Under the pieces are notes generated by a model. That model saw only the letters and a list, made by a program, of their open reading frames with translations, did not search any database and was not told the DNA's origin. From contig CM075997.1 in NCBI GenBank assembly GCA_038087875.1, forward strand, positions 4,466,001-4,530,000: a stretch of 64,000 bases of DNA. The letters are read 5' to 3'. How positions within the stretch are numbered: the stretch's first letter is position 1; every line of letters begins with the position of its first letter. Position numbers and translations under genes: made by a program. Shown piece after piece: positions 1 through 13,258 of the stretch. The stretch is from Malacoraja senta (Eukaryota).

Positions 1-324
1 GCGACTACGGGTGCCGTCTGTACGGAGTTTGTACGTTCTCCCCGTGACCTGCGTGGGTTTTCTCCGAGATCTTCGGTTTCCTCCCACACTCCAAACACGT
101 ACAGGTTTGTTAATTGGCTTGGTGTGATTGTAAAATTGTCCCGAGTGTGTGTCGGATAGTGTTAGTGTGCGGGGATCGCTGGTCGGCATGGACTCGATGG
201 GCCAAAGGGCCTGCTTCCGTGCTGTATCTCTAAACGAAACTACACTAAACGAACCTAAATGGAGTTAAGTGCTGTCTTGCAAATAGATCTTTCATTTTAT
301 GTGAAATCTCAAAGCATTTCAGAA

Positions 325-560
325 GGTCATAAGTGATAGGAGCAGAATTAGGCCAATCGGCCCATCAAGTCTACTCCACCATTCAAACATGGCTGATCTA
401 TCTCTCCCTCCTAACCCCATTCTCCTGCCTTCTCCCCATAACCTCTGACACCCGTACTAATCAAGAATCTATCTATCTCTACCTTAAAAATATCCACTGA
501 CTTGGCCTCCACAGCCTTCTGTGGCAAAGAATTCCACAGATTCACCACCCGCTGACTACA
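325..560 (-). mobile_element. CR1 3' UTR fragment (representative of many: ~6020-6340, 7335-7628, 23360-23665, 23980-24790, 26703-27140, 29645-30470, 40555-40960, 44090-44452, 46107-46780)
   Basis: Recurrent GTGGTGAATCTGTGGAATTC...GATCAGCCATGAT..TGAATGG..GGGCCGAATGGCCT motifs on either strand. Confidence 0.85.
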
Positions 561-794
561 GAAAGATATTACTTCACTAATCCTTACTCCAGTAAAGCAG
601 CTTGTCTTTCTTTAGTTGCTGGTAATGTGGCAGCACTGTGGCCAGATTGAGAGGAATCTAGTGTAGTTTGGGATCATGCCGAAAATAGTTGGTGCCCGGT
701 AAAATATGTTAGGTTTTCTGGCGTCAGTTTTCCCTTTCATTGATTATCGCCACAGAGCGACATTTTCAGCAACTCATCGATTCTAAATTTTCAA

Positions 795-1302
795 TAAGAT
801 TCAAGATTCAAGAGAGTTTATTGTCATGTGTCCCAGATAGGACAATTAAATTCTTGCTTTGCTTCAGCACAACAGAATATAGTAGACATGACTACAGAAC
901 AGATCAGTGTGTCCATATACCATTAAATATATATACACACACACATAAATAAACAGATAAAGTGCAATAGGCTATTAAAGTTCAGATTTTTGTTTGAGTT
1001 GAGTATAATAGTCTGATGGCTGTGGGGAAGACGCTGTTCCTCAACCTGGATGTTGCAGATTTCAGGCTCCTGTACCTTCTACCTGAATGTAGCGGAGAGA
1101 TGAGTGTGTTGCCAGGATGGTGTGGGTCCTTGATGATGCTGCCAGCCTTTTTGAGGCAGTGCCTGCGATAGATCCCCTCGATGGTAGGGAGGTCAGAGCC
1201 GATGATGGACTGGGCAGTGGTTACAACTTTTTGCAGTCTTTTCCGCTCCTGGGCGCACAAGTTGCCGAACCAAGCCACGATGCAACCGGTCAGCATGCTC
1301 AT
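795..1302 (-). mobile_element. Rex1/Babar-type LINE 3' end
   Basis: LQKVVTTAQSIIG..LPTIEGIYRRHCLKKAGSIIKDPHHPG..SGRRYRSL..RLRNSVFPTAIRLL, with a (TTGAATC)n tail. Confidence 0.88.
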
Positions 1303-1711
1303 AGATTCCCTAAAGATTCTGTAATGGCAATTTCAAACTTTTCCAATGTCCAACTTTCCGTTGCCATTACTACACAGGCGGGCAGGAGTTACCTTACGCA
1401 GACGATAAAAAACGGATCGTCCAGTCGTTATTTCCAGTTTATATGCTTCTTTATTGAAGCAGTTGTACCAACAAAGAGATGATTCATGCCAAATATTCCT
1501 TATTCTCATACAAGCTGTAACTTTCCGTTCTCTCTCATCTTGTAAGAACTGTGTACTCTCTCCCTTGCCTGGTCTGATCTGGTCACTCCACGCGACGACG
1601 CTATATGTAACGTCCTACCAAGCTTCAAGAGTGTTCAAAATAATTCTGCAGGAAATATCTAGACAAAATAATAATATATGCCAACAGTAGCTAGCCCAAA
1701 CCTAAATGGCT

Positions 1712-2292
1712 CCAACAGCCAATCTTCCCTGTCCCGCCTGCAATTGGTTCAAAACGCCGCAGCGAGACTTCTGACCGGTACCCGTAAAAGGGACCACATC
1801 ACCCCAATCCTGGCCTCTCTCCACTGGCTCCCAGTACGGTACAGAATCAACTTCAAGCTTCTCTTATTGGTTTACAAAGCCCTTGACGGGCTTCTCCCCC
1901 CACCCCCCCATATAAAAAATCTTCTAACCCACCATTCTACCTCCAGGTCCCTCAGGTCGGCCGACTTTGGGCTACTGACTATCCCGCGGTCTAGGTTTAA
2001 GCTCAGGGGTGGCCGTGCTTTTGCGGTTGCAGCACCTAGACTGGAACAGCATCCCGCTCCTCATCAGAACTGCCCCCTCCATCGACTCCTTTAAATCGAG
2101 GCTCAAAACCTATTTCTACTCCCTACCGTTTTTTGAGGCCCTCTGAGGGGGCGCTGTAAACAGATTATGTACGTATTGTTAGATCTATGTACCACTGTAT
2201 GTAGCCCGTTAGTATCTGCACTGATGTACAGCACTTTGGTCAACGTGGGTTGTTTTTAAATGTGCTATACAAATAAAATGGATTGATTGATA
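1712..2292 (+). mobile_element. L2-clade LINE 3' end
   Basis: LSRLQLVQNAAARLLTGTRKRDHITPILASLHWLPVRYRINFKLLLLVYKAL is the typical L2 ORF2 C-terminus. Ends GTGCTATACAAATAAA plus (GATT)n. Confidence 0.92.
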
Positions 2293-5200
2293 CAGATTCA
2301 ACATTCTCAGTCTCTTGGGTGGAGAATTCTTCCTCATCTCAGTCTAAAATGGGTGACCCCTTATCCTGCGTCTGTGACCCCTGGATCTAAACTTCCTCAT
2401 CACACAAAACATTCCTTCTGTATCAACCCCGTTAAGCTCCCCTCCCCCCCCAAACTTGCACACTTCAATAAGATAACCACTTTCTTCTGAACCTTAGTTT
2501 AGTTTGAGTTTAGTTTAGTTTATTGTCACGTGTACCGAGGTACAGCTTTTGTTGCATGCTAACCAGTCAGCAGAAAGACAATACATGTTTACAATCGAGC
2601 CATTTACAGTGTATAGATACAATGGTTAGGGAATAAGGTTTAGTGTAAGGTAAAGCCAGCAAAGTCCGATCAATGATTGTCCGAGGGTCACCAATGAGGT
2701 AGATAGTAGTTCTCGAGGTTACAGGCCCAGTTAGTTTCATCTTTCTCCATAAAATAACATCTTCACGCCTGGAATCAATCTGACTGCCCTTCTCCACAGG
2801 GCTTCCATGGAAAGTATATCTTCCTAACATCAGGAGAGCAAACTCCAGATTCCTCAACTCAGTGGCGCAGCGGTGGAGTTGCTGCCTCACAGCGCCAGTG
2901 ACCCGGGTTCGATCCAGGCCACGGGTGCTGTCTGTACGGAGTTTGTACGTTCTCCCCATGACCCGCGTGGGTTTTCTCCCAGTGCTCCAGTTTCCCCCCC
3001 ACACTCTGAAGATGTACAGCTTTGTAGGCCAATTGGTGGTCGGTGCAGACTCGGTGGGCCGAAGGGCATGTTTCTGCGCTGTATCTCTGAACGAAACTAA
3101 GAAGCCTGGAGAAATAGAAGACTTCTTAGATTAGTTTGGGGAAACAGCGCAGAAACATGCCCTTCGGCCCACCGAGTCTGCACCGACCAGCGATCCCCGC
3201 ACAACAACGCTATCCTACACACACTAGAAGTTAGAATTTGTACTGATGCCAATTGACCTACAAACCTGTACGTCTTTGGAGTGTGGGATGCGAAACTGCG
3301 GCAACATAGAAGTGGTGCGAACGGGTTAGCTCGGACTCGGTGGGACGGAATGGCCTGTTTCAAGTTTCAAACCCGCGTTCGATCCTGACTACGGGTGCTG
3401 ACTGTACGGAGTTTGTACCTTCTCCCCGTGACCTGCGTGGGCTTTCTCCGGGATCTCCAGTTTCATCCCACATTCCAAATCCATACAGGGTTGTAGGTTA
3501 ATTGGCTTGGTGTAAATGTAAATTGTCCCTAGTGTGTGTAGGATAGTGGTAGCAGGCGGGGATCGCTGGTTGGCACGGACTCGATGGGCCGAAGGGCTCA
3601 TTTCCGTGCTGTATCTCTAAACTAAACTCAAAAGATACGACTATCTGAAGCAGCGATACACCTCTGTAACTGATCCGGTAACATTGTCATGTCTTCATGG
3701 TGATTCCTTGCTGTTATAGAGTCACCTCAACTGTACACGAGGTTGGGAAGGAACATTAAATCAGTTCTAATCTCCTGTGGGCCCGTCACTAAAGCAGATT
3801 AAGTGTTTAACCATCTCCTGGCAATTATAGTCGATCAGGCAAAATCTCCCCTGAGTAATCATGCATTATAGACACAAAAAGCTGGAGTAACTCAGCGGGA
3901 CAGGCAGCATCTCTAGAGAGAAGGAATGGGTGACGTTTCGGGTCGAGACCCTTCCTCAGGCCTTCTTCATAGATATTTATATTTATATATATATATATAT
4001 TTGTATAGAATAGAATAGAATGCCTTTTATTGTCATTCAAGCAGTTTGGTTTGGATGATATTGCATTTTCTACAGTCTTACATTACAAAATAACCCAAGA
4101 CCTACACTTAACACACTTTACACAAACATCCATCACAGTGAACCTCCAACACCTCCTCACTGTGATGGAAGGCAAAAGTCACTTCTCTTCCCTTTGTTCT
4201 TCTCCCGCGGTCCAGCAGTCCAACTGCAGCGTCGAGGCGAACTGGGGCTCCCGATGTTAAAGCCCCCGGCGGGCGATTGTAAGTCCCGCGGCCGTTTTAA
4301 GCCGCGCCGGACGATGTTAGGCCCCGCTCCGAGTCATTTAAACCCCGCGATTCCAGCGGGGGGAAGTTGCCGTTGCGGGAGCTCTGAAAAGCGGTCTCCC
4401 ACCAGGGACCTGCGAGCTCCCGATGTTCCTGTCCACCGGGCCTGCGGCCGGAGTCTCCAAAGCTCCGAAGTCGGGTCGCAGGTGCACGCCACCACAGCTC
4501 TTCCCGCTCCGAAGTCGGCCAGCTCCGCGATGGCAGGTCCGCAGGCTCCGCGACTGGATCCCTCAGGTTGGTCCATTTATTCACGTAGGTCCAGATCCCT
4601 CGAAACCTTTCCTCTGCATGAAACCGTCCAAATGTCTTTTCCATGTTGTTGTTGTTGTACCAGCCTCAACTACCACCTCCGGCAGCTCGTACCCAGAAGT
4701 CATTAGCACTGTAAACTTATCTCACCAGGGGCTAACTTACTGAACCAATTTACTGTTGTATTGTGTCTTTTTTAAATTGCTGTTTTCTTTTCTTTTTTTT
4801 CTTTTCTTTTTTTTCCTCACAAATATGTAATTACTGATTCTGTTCTATTCTGTTTTGTAGGTTTTTTTTGCACAATCCACAGGCATTGCCACTTTCCATT
4901 TCACTGCACATACATGCGTATGTGACGAATAAACTTGACTTGGCTTCCATATACTGCACCCATCATCCTCTCTGTGAAAAATCCAAGTCTACGGATCTGA
5001 GGCATTTCCCTCTCCGCTGACTCTCGGTCTGAAGATGCAAAGGTTTCATTCATTTGTTCCATACAACATCTCTCCATGTCTCCATCTATATCTCTCGTTT
5101 CCCTTTCCCCTGACACTCAGTCTGAAGCGGGGTACTGATTGGGGATGATCTGCCATGATCACATTGAATGGCGGTGCTGGTACCAAGGGCCGAATGGCCT

Positions 5201-6501
5201 ACTCCTGCACCTCTTGTCTATTGTCTATTGACCCAAAACGTCACCCATTCCTTCTCTCCAGAGGTGCTGACCCGCTGAGATACCTCAGCATTTTGTGTCT
5301 ATCTTCGATTAAAACCAGCGTCTGCAGTTCCTTCCTGCATATGTCTGCTGGCACAACAGGTGATTCTGTTTACTGCAATAAAAGAGGTTTTATGTACACA
5401 TATTTACAGAGGTTGGCGATTCATCACTGCTCATTGAGAGATTTGGAAATAATCGGAGCAGTATTTAATTTAGTTTAGAGATACGGCACGGAAACAGGCC
5501 CTTCGGCCCACCGAGTCCGCACTTCCCAGCCATCCCCACACATTAACATCATCCTGCACACACGAGGGACAATTGGGGTCTCAACCCGAAACAACACCCG
5601 TTCCTTCTCTCTGGAGATGCTGCCTGTCCCGCTGAGTTACTCCAGCTATTTGTGTCTAGCTACAATTCTACCAAGCTGATGAGCCTACAATCCTGTAATT
5701 CTGGAGTGTGGGAGGAAATCGGAGCTCCAGAGGAAAACCCAGAGGAGCGTGCAAACTCCGTACAGACAGCACTCATTACGGACCTTGTAATTTTTCTTTG
5801 TGCCTGTAACATGGTAATGCTTAATTTTACTTTAGTTTAGAGATACCTCACGGAAACAGCCCATTCGGCCCACCTAGTCCGCACTTACCAGCGATCCCCG
5901 CACATTAACACTATCCTACACACACTGGGGACAATTTGCAATTTTACCAAAGCTTGTACGTCTTTAGAGTATGGAGAGTCTGAAAAAGGGTCTCAACCTG
6001 AAACGTCACCCATTCAATAAACAATAGACAATAGACAATAGGTGCAGGAGTAGGTCATTCAGCCCCTCGAGCCAGCACCGCCATTCAATGTGATCATGGC
6101 TGATCATCCCCAATCAGTACCCCGTTCCTGCCTTCTCCCCATATCCCCTCACTCCGCTATCTTTAAGAGCCCTATCTAGCTCTCTCTTGAAAGTATCCAG
6201 AGAACCGGCCTCCACCGCCCTCTGACGCAGAGAATTCCACAGACTCACAACCCTCTGTGTGAAAAAGTGTATCCTCATCTCCGTTCTAAATGGTTTACCC
6301 CTTATTCTTAAACTGTGGCCCCTGGTTCTGGACTTCCACTAAATGGTCCATTCCTTCTCTCCAGAGATGCTGCCAGTCCTGCTGAGTTACTCCAGCATCT
6401 TGGGTGTAAACCAGCATCTGCAGTTCCTTCCTGCACACAATGTTAAAGGTGCTGTTAAAATGCAACTTGTTGAATACACAAAGTCTCATTGTCATGTATA
6501 A

Positions 6502-7017
6502 AGGGCCTGCCCCACGAGCATGCGACTGCATGCGGCTAGCGCGACCTGACGTGGTCGCGCTAGCCGTGCGGCCTCGCGGGGCCGGTCCCACTTCGATCGC
6601 CGGAGCCGCATGGAGTTGTGCGGAGCTGGTCCCGACATCGCACGGGGCTCCGAAAAACTGACCGTGTTCAAAAATTCCGCGCGGCAAAGGCCTGCCGGCC
6701 CGCTGCCGCATGGAGGCCGCACGCACCGCCTCGACGCCGCACGCACCGCCTCGACGCCGCACGCAGCGTCTTGACGGCGTACGCCTAGCGCGTGGCGTTG
6801 CGCGATGACATAACCGCCCGACGCCGTGCGACGTCCAAATTCAGTCGGCCCGCCTCCTACCCAGCTGATTGGTGAGTTTGATGTCGGGACCAGCTCCGCA
6901 CAACTCCAGACGGCTCCGCGGTTGGAAGTGGGACCGGCCCCGCGAGGCCGTACGCCTCAAGCCACCATGTTTGGTCGCGCTAGACGCATGCAGTCGCATG
7001 CTGGTGGGACAGGCCCT
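6502..7017. mobile_element. PIF/Harbinger-type MITE, very GC-rich interior
   Basis: TIR AGGGCCTGCCCCAC / GTGGGACAGGCCCT, TAA on both sides, long imperfect subterminal inverted repeats. Confidence 0.88.
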
Positions 7018-7857
7018 TAAGGTTGCCTCTGATGAGTTAGAGTCATGCACCCCAAAAGCATGCCCTCCAGATCAATTCATCCATGTCTCTAATGTTGTTA
7101 CATCTGGTCCCACCTTCCCCTAGCCATAGTCATTTCACATCTGGTTTTATACGAGGATGTTGCCAGGACTGGAGGGTGTGAGCTATAGTGAGCTATAGGA
7201 TTGTTTCCAAGTGTTGCAACATTTGTTTTGTTCGACGCTGGATTTTGAAATGTTCAGAATCTTTCAGCGACCCTGATACGTCAGTCAATGACGTCGGCAG
7301 TCGCCGATAAAATCGCCAAGTGGGACAGGCCCTTAAGAATAAAGGGGAGGCCATTTAACTGAGATGAGAAAACACTTTTTCACCCAGGGTGTTACAAATT
7401 TGTGGAATTCTCTGCCACAGAGGGCAGTGGAGGCCAATTCACTGGATGAATTTAAAAGAGAGTTAGATAGAGCTCTAGGGGCCGGTGGAATTAAGGGATA
7501 TGTGGAGAAGGCAGGCACGGGTTACTGATTGTGGATGATCAGCCATGATCTCAATGAATGGCGGTGCTGGCTCGATGGGCCAAATTGCCTCCACCTGCAC
7601 CTATTTTCTATGTTTCTATGTTTCTATGTCACCCATCCCTTCTCTCCAGAGATGCTCCCTGTCCCGCTGAGTTACTCCAGCATTTTGTGTCTATCTTCAT
7701 AATAATAGTCTATGTAGTTCAGAGCTTATCTGAGACCCCCTTATTGCTCCACACCAGACCCCAAGCGCGTTCCCTGTGACCCCAGAAGGGGCAACCCCAG
7801 TCCTACACCTCCTCCCGCACCACTATCCAGGGGGCATAAACTGCCCTTCCAGGTAAG

Positions 7858-8361
7858 GCAGCATCTATGGAGCGAAGGAATAGGTGACGTTTCGGGTCGA
7901 GACCCTTCTTCAGACTGATGTGGGGGTGTGGAGAGTGGGAAGAATAAAGAATATAGGCTTGTGGGAGAGTTGGAAATGGGAGGGGAAAGAGGGAGAAAGC
8001 AGGGACTACCTGAAATTGGAGAAGTCAATGTCCATACCCCTGGGGTGTAAACTGTCCAAGCGAAATATGAGGTGCTGCTCCTCCAATTTACGGTGGTCCT
8101 CACTCTGGCCATGGAGGAGGCCCAGGACAGAAAGGTCGGATTCGGAATGGGAGGGGGAGTTGAAGTGCTGAGCCACCGGGAGATCAGGTTGGTTAATGCG
8201 AACCGAGCGGAGGTGTTGGGCGAAACGATCGCCAAGCCTGCGCTTGGTCTCACCGATGTAGAGCAACTGACACCTGGAGCTGCGGATGCAATAGATGAGG
8301 TTGGAGGAGGTGCAGGTGAACCTCTGCCGCACCTGGAAACACTATTTGGGTCCTTGGATGG
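7858..8361 (-). mobile_element. Penelope-like element 3' end (GIY-YIG endonuclease + pLTR)
   Basis: CTSSNLIYCIRSSRCQLLYIGETKRRLGDRFAQHLRSVR...PVAQHFNSPSHS...RKLEEQHLIFRL...PRGMDIDF, followed by the CTGAAGAAGGGTCTCGACCCGAAACGTC unit. Confidence 0.92.
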
Positions 8362-9488
8362 CAAAGATTCACCTGTAATCTTGTCCATTGCACCTTGGTG
8401 TTTCCACCTCAATATATTAGTTAACGTTAGAGACACAGCACGGAAACAGGCCCTTTGGCCCACCAAGACCTCGCCAACCATTGATCCTCTACACACACTG
8501 GGAACAATTCACTATTTTTACCAAAGACAATTGTACTGAAGCTGGTGGCGCAGTGGTAAAGTTGCTGCCTCACAGCGCCAGAGACGCGGGTTCGATCCTG
8601 ACTACGGGCGCTGTCTGTACGGAGTTCCCACTGTACATTCTCCCCGTGACCTGCCTGGGTTTTCTCCAGGTGCCCTGGTTTCCTCCCACACTCCAAAGAT
8701 GTGCAGATTTGTAGGTTAATTGGCTTGGTGTAAGTGTAAATTATCCCTTGTTTGTGTAAGATAGTGTTAGTGAGCGGGGATCATTGGTCAGCATGAGCCT
8801 TGGGGGCCGAAGGGCCTGTTTCCACGCTGTAATACTAAACTAATCCAAACTAAAACCTCCTCCCTCTCTACCATCCAGGGGCATAAACAGCCCTTCCAGT
8901 TGAAGCAAAGATCCACATACAACTTTATCTATTACACCCTTCATGTGGCAAACACCATATTTTAGTTTAGCTTAGTTTAGAGATACAGCGTGAAAAAAGG
9001 CCCTTCGGCCCACCGAATCCGTGCCGACCAGTGATCCCCGCACACATACACACTATCCTACACCCACTTGGGACAATTTACTATTTTTAAGTAAAATAAA
9101 CTAAACTCAACTAAACTAAACTCAACTAAACTAATGTAAACTAAAGTCAACTCAACTAAACTAAACTAAACTGAACTGAACTGGTAGGAGGGACAAGAAT
9201 GTGATGGGTTAACCTACACACCTGCACTTCTTTGGAAAGTGGGAGCAAACTGGAGCATCCGGAGAAAACCCACGCAGGTCACGGGGAGAACGTACAAACT
9301 CCGTACAGACAGCACCCGGAGTCAGGATCGAACCCGGGTCTCTGGTGCTGTGAGGCAGCAACTCTACCGCTGCGCCACTGTGCTGCATATCGAGATCAAG
9401 CGTAGATGAGGTGATCTTTTCACTGAGCATCTGTACTCTGTCGACAGTGGCCACCCTGAACTCTTAGTTGTGTGCCATTTCAATGTTC

Positions 9489-10310
9489 CTCCCTGTCTCT
9501 GTCTCTCCCTGTCTCAGTCTCTCCCTGTCTGTCTCTCCCTGTGTCAGTCTCTCCTTGTCTCAGTCTCTCCCTGTCTCTGTCTCTCCCTGTCTCTGTCTCT
9601 CCCTGTCTCTGTCTCTCCCTGTCTCTCTCTCCCTGTCCCTGTCTCTCCCTGTCCCTGTCTCTCCCTGTCTCAGTCTCTCCCTGCCTCAGTCTCTCCCTGT
9701 CTCTGTCTCTCCCTGTCTCTCTCTCCCTGCCTCTGTCTCTCCCTGCCTCAGTCTCTCCCTGTCTCTGTCTCTCCCTGTCTCTGTCTCTCCCTGTCTCAGT
9801 CTCTCCGTCTCTGTCTCTCCCAGTCTCAGTCTCTCCCTGCCTCAGTCTCTCCCTGTCTCTCCCTGTCTCTGTCTCTCCCTGTCTCTGTCTCTCCCTGTCT
9901 CAGTCTCTCCCTGTCTCTGTCTCTCCCAGTCTCAGTCTCTCCCTGTCTCTGTCTCTCCCTGTCTCTGTCTCTCCCTGCCTCAGTCTCTCCCTGTCTCTCC
10001 CTGCCTCAGTCTCTCCCTGTCTCTCCCTGTCTCTCCCTGCCTCAGTCTCTCCCTGTCTCTCCCTGTCTGTCTCTCCCTGTCTCAGTCTCTCCCTGCCTCA
10101 GTCTCTCTCTGTCTCTCCCTGCCTCAGTCTCTCCCTGTCTGTCTCTCCCTGTCTCTGTCTCTCCCTGTCTCAGTCTCTCCCTGTCTCAGTCTCTCCCTGT
10201 CTCAGTCTCTCCCTGTCTCAGTCTCTCCCTGTCTCGATCTCTCCCTGTCTCGATCTCTCCCAGTCTCAGTCTCTCCCTGTCTCAGTCTCTCCCTGTCTGT
10301 CTCTCCCTGC
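9489..10310. repeat. Pyrimidine-rich minisatellite, unit ~CTGTCTC(A/T)GTCTCTCC (16 bp with variants)
   Basis: Directly visible; it accounts for three stop-free low-complexity ORFs. Confidence 0.97.
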
Positions 10311-11736
10311 CTTCTCCATTACCACTATGAGGCCAGACGCAAACTTGAAGAACATATTCCCATATTCTGTCCAGGTAGCCTAAAACCATTGAATTTTCCA
10401 ACTTCACCTCTGTGCTCCCCTCTCTTTCCTTCTCATCACTTAGATCCTCCCACCTGCTTTTTGCACCATGCCCTCTCTTGCTGCTCCCATCACATTTTTG
10501 TCCCTCCCCCTTAGTTTGGTTCAGAGGTAGTGCATAGAAACAGGCCCTTCGGCCCACCGGATCCACGCCGACCATCGATCACCCATTCACACCAGTTCTA
10601 TGTTATCCCACTTTCTCATCCACTCCCTACACACTAGGGGGCAATTTACCGAGGGCCGATTAACCTACAAACCCGCACGTCTTTGGGATGTGGGAGGAAA
10701 CCGGAGCACCTGGAGAAAACCCACCTGGTCACATGGAGAACATGCGAACTCCACACAGACAACACCCGAGGACAGGATCGAACCCGGGTCTCTGGCGCTG
10801 TGAGGCATGCGCCATCATGCCCCTCAAGTTCTTTCTCAGTGTAAGTACATTCTGATATCCTACTTACCCTGTTATTGTCCTTTAGAGATACAGCACGGAA
10901 AAAGGCCCTTCGGCCCACTGAGTCCGTGCCAACCAGTATCTGCAGTTCCTTGGGATGCGGGAAGAAACCGGAGCACCCAGAGGAAACCCACGCGGTAACA
11001 GGCAGAACATGCAAACTCCACACAGACAGCACCCAAGGTCAGGATCGAGCCCGAGTCTTTGGCACTGTGAGGCAGTGGTTCAACTAGCTTTGTCACTGTG
11101 CTGACAAGATCGTGCGATCCCTTAGTCCAGGTCACTGTAAATATAAAAATTGATGAGAGAGTGGGATAATATAGAACTGGTTGGCGTTGACTCGGTGGGC
11201 CGAAGGGCCTGTTTGCCTGCTGTATCTCTAAAACTAAAACTAAAACATACACAGATATACAAACATACGCTGCTTAGTTTAGAGATACTGCGTGGAAACA
11301 AGCCTTTCGGCCCACCGAGTCCACACCGACCAGCGATCCCCGCGCACAACCACTACCCTACACACACTAGGGACAATTTACAATTTTACCGAACATAATT
11401 AACCTACAAACTTGTATGTCTTTGGACTGTGGGAGGAAACCAAGGAAAACCCAGGCAGGTTATGGGGAGAACGTGCAAACTCCGTACAGACAGCACCCGC
11501 GGTCGGGATTGAACCGGGGTCTCTGGCGCTGTGAGGCAGCAACGGTGGCCTAGCACTTCAACTCCCCCTCCCATTCCGAATCCGATCTTTCTGTCCTGGG
11601 CCTTCTTCATGGCCAGAGTGAGTCCCACCGCAACTTGGAGGAGCAGCACCTCATAATTCGCTTGGACAGTTTACACCCCAGTGGTATGAACATTGACTTC
11701 TCTAATTTCAGGTAGTCCTTGCTTTCTCCCTCCTTC

Positions 11737-13258
11737 TAGCGATGTTACAAAACTTACCTTCAGCGGCGCTGCAGTTCTGCCATTGGCCGTGTGCCCGACT
11801 TTGGCGCCTTTGAGAGGGGGGGGCGGGATTAAAATCCAGTTTTCTACCGCCTGTCCGAGGCGGATTTCCTCGGGCTGCTAGCTGATGCAGAAAAATCGTT
11901 CCGACATCCATTCCCGATTTTTAAATTTTTTATTCGCGAGACAATTTCATAATTATATTAAAATAAAAAGCGACTTCTAACGCCGTTAACACCTACAACG
12001 TGACGGATCTCAAGTAGGGGACAAAACACGGTGTAAGTCGTGTATTTTACATATAAACTTGCTTCTTGGGATGACTAATCAATCCTCTATAAGTGAAAAT
12101 GTGATTTGGGCCCCATACGAACCGGCAGTGTTTTTCCTGCCGATATGGGTTTCAAATTCATCGCAAATGCAACATTCCAATCGATCGCGTTCCAGAAGCA
12201 AGATGATTAAAATGCCCATTTGTTTTGGAGATAAGCCGTCTAAATTGTCCATATTTTGTCTTATTCTCTCTCTCCATGATCATTATTTTTAAACTAAATA
12301 TTCACAACAGTTTGAGTCACATGTATTGTGAAAAAAACAATAATTTGATTATATTTTGGGTGGATGTTTCTAGATTAATTTATGGGAATTAAACATTAAA
12401 TTCCTTCCATCATGACAGTGAGATTTAAAAACCATGTTATATTGTGAATTCTTGTGTGAATGGGATTAGTTTGCTATTTGGGTACTTAGGCTATTTAAAA
12501 AAAATATCCTTTTCTTAAGAAATGGAATCTACAGGACATTCTTAATGGGAAAGTAGTGGGCAGAAAGGCATGTCATGCGTGGTTTGAAGAGCAAAAACTT
12601 GTAGTTTACAATGCCAAAATTGAAAAGTTGAGGAAAAACAAGGTGTACAGAGTTGCTTATTGGTTACACTCTGAGGAGTATGATGATGCTACTGATTATG
12701 ATATGCCAATGTACCAGCTAGCAACTGATCTTCTCCATAAAGACCTGGTCCATTGCTAGAAATTGTAATTTATTTACCTATCTGTTACGGACTTACAGCA
12801 TATAATACAATAATATTAAAGTTCTGATCTTGAGAATATCACATTTTTGAATGTTCAAGGTGTGTATTACTATTTCCGCCACAACGGTCAATTTTGTAAT
12901 TAGCTACAATTAGGTAATTAACAAATTATATGCTTTAATTTCAGGTCATCCAAGTAAGATGTTTTATATTTGTTTCAGAATGCTTCAATCTATAATAACT
13001 GAAAATTTCATTCAGTTCTCTTGATTTTTAAGAAAGTTATAGGCTTTTGACTGTCTTCGATCACAGCTTTTGTGTTAAGTCAATGGAAAAGCAATTGGGA
13101 ACAAGATACTAATTTCCGAGTATGAAAATGGCCATAACTTTTTTAATACTGAAGATATGAAAGTGAATTAGGTCAAAGTAAACTTCTTATTATGCTTTAT
13201 CTGATGGGATAAATTGCAGACTTGAGTTTTAAAATCTCAAAATGTTGTAACATTGCTA
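11737..13258 (+). mobile_element. Non-autonomous TIR DNA transposon with 7-bp TSD (hAT-like, possibly hATw)
   Basis: TIR TAGCGATGTTACAA (11737) / TTGTAACATTGCTA (ends 13258). TSD CTCCTTC at 11730-11736 and 13259-13265. AT-rich interior. It splits a Penelope 3' end that resumes after 13265. Confidence 0.85.
12529..12759 (+). pseudogene. C-terminal coding remnant inside the transposon, spindlin/Tudor-like
   Basis: LQDILNGKVVGRKACHAWFEEQKLVVYNAKIEKLRKNKVYRVAYW...MPMYQLATDLLHKDLVHC*, followed by ATTAAA at ~12815. Similarity to the Spin/Ssty repeat judged by eye. Confidence 0.5.

Noticed and set aside
2720..2830. Minus-strand exon-like segment
   Set aside because: Translates as EDILSMEALWRRAVRLIPGVKMLFYGER, a decayed CR1 ORF2 piece.
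6502..7017. CpG island / promoter (also 4200-4560, 25700-26000, 35230-35530, 60150-60660)
   Set aside because: Each GC-rich stretch lies within a mobile element delimited by TIRs/TSDs or a retroelement tail.
9468..10514. Three long overlapping ORFs (286-348 aa)
   Set aside because: Translations of a stop-free CT-rich minisatellite.
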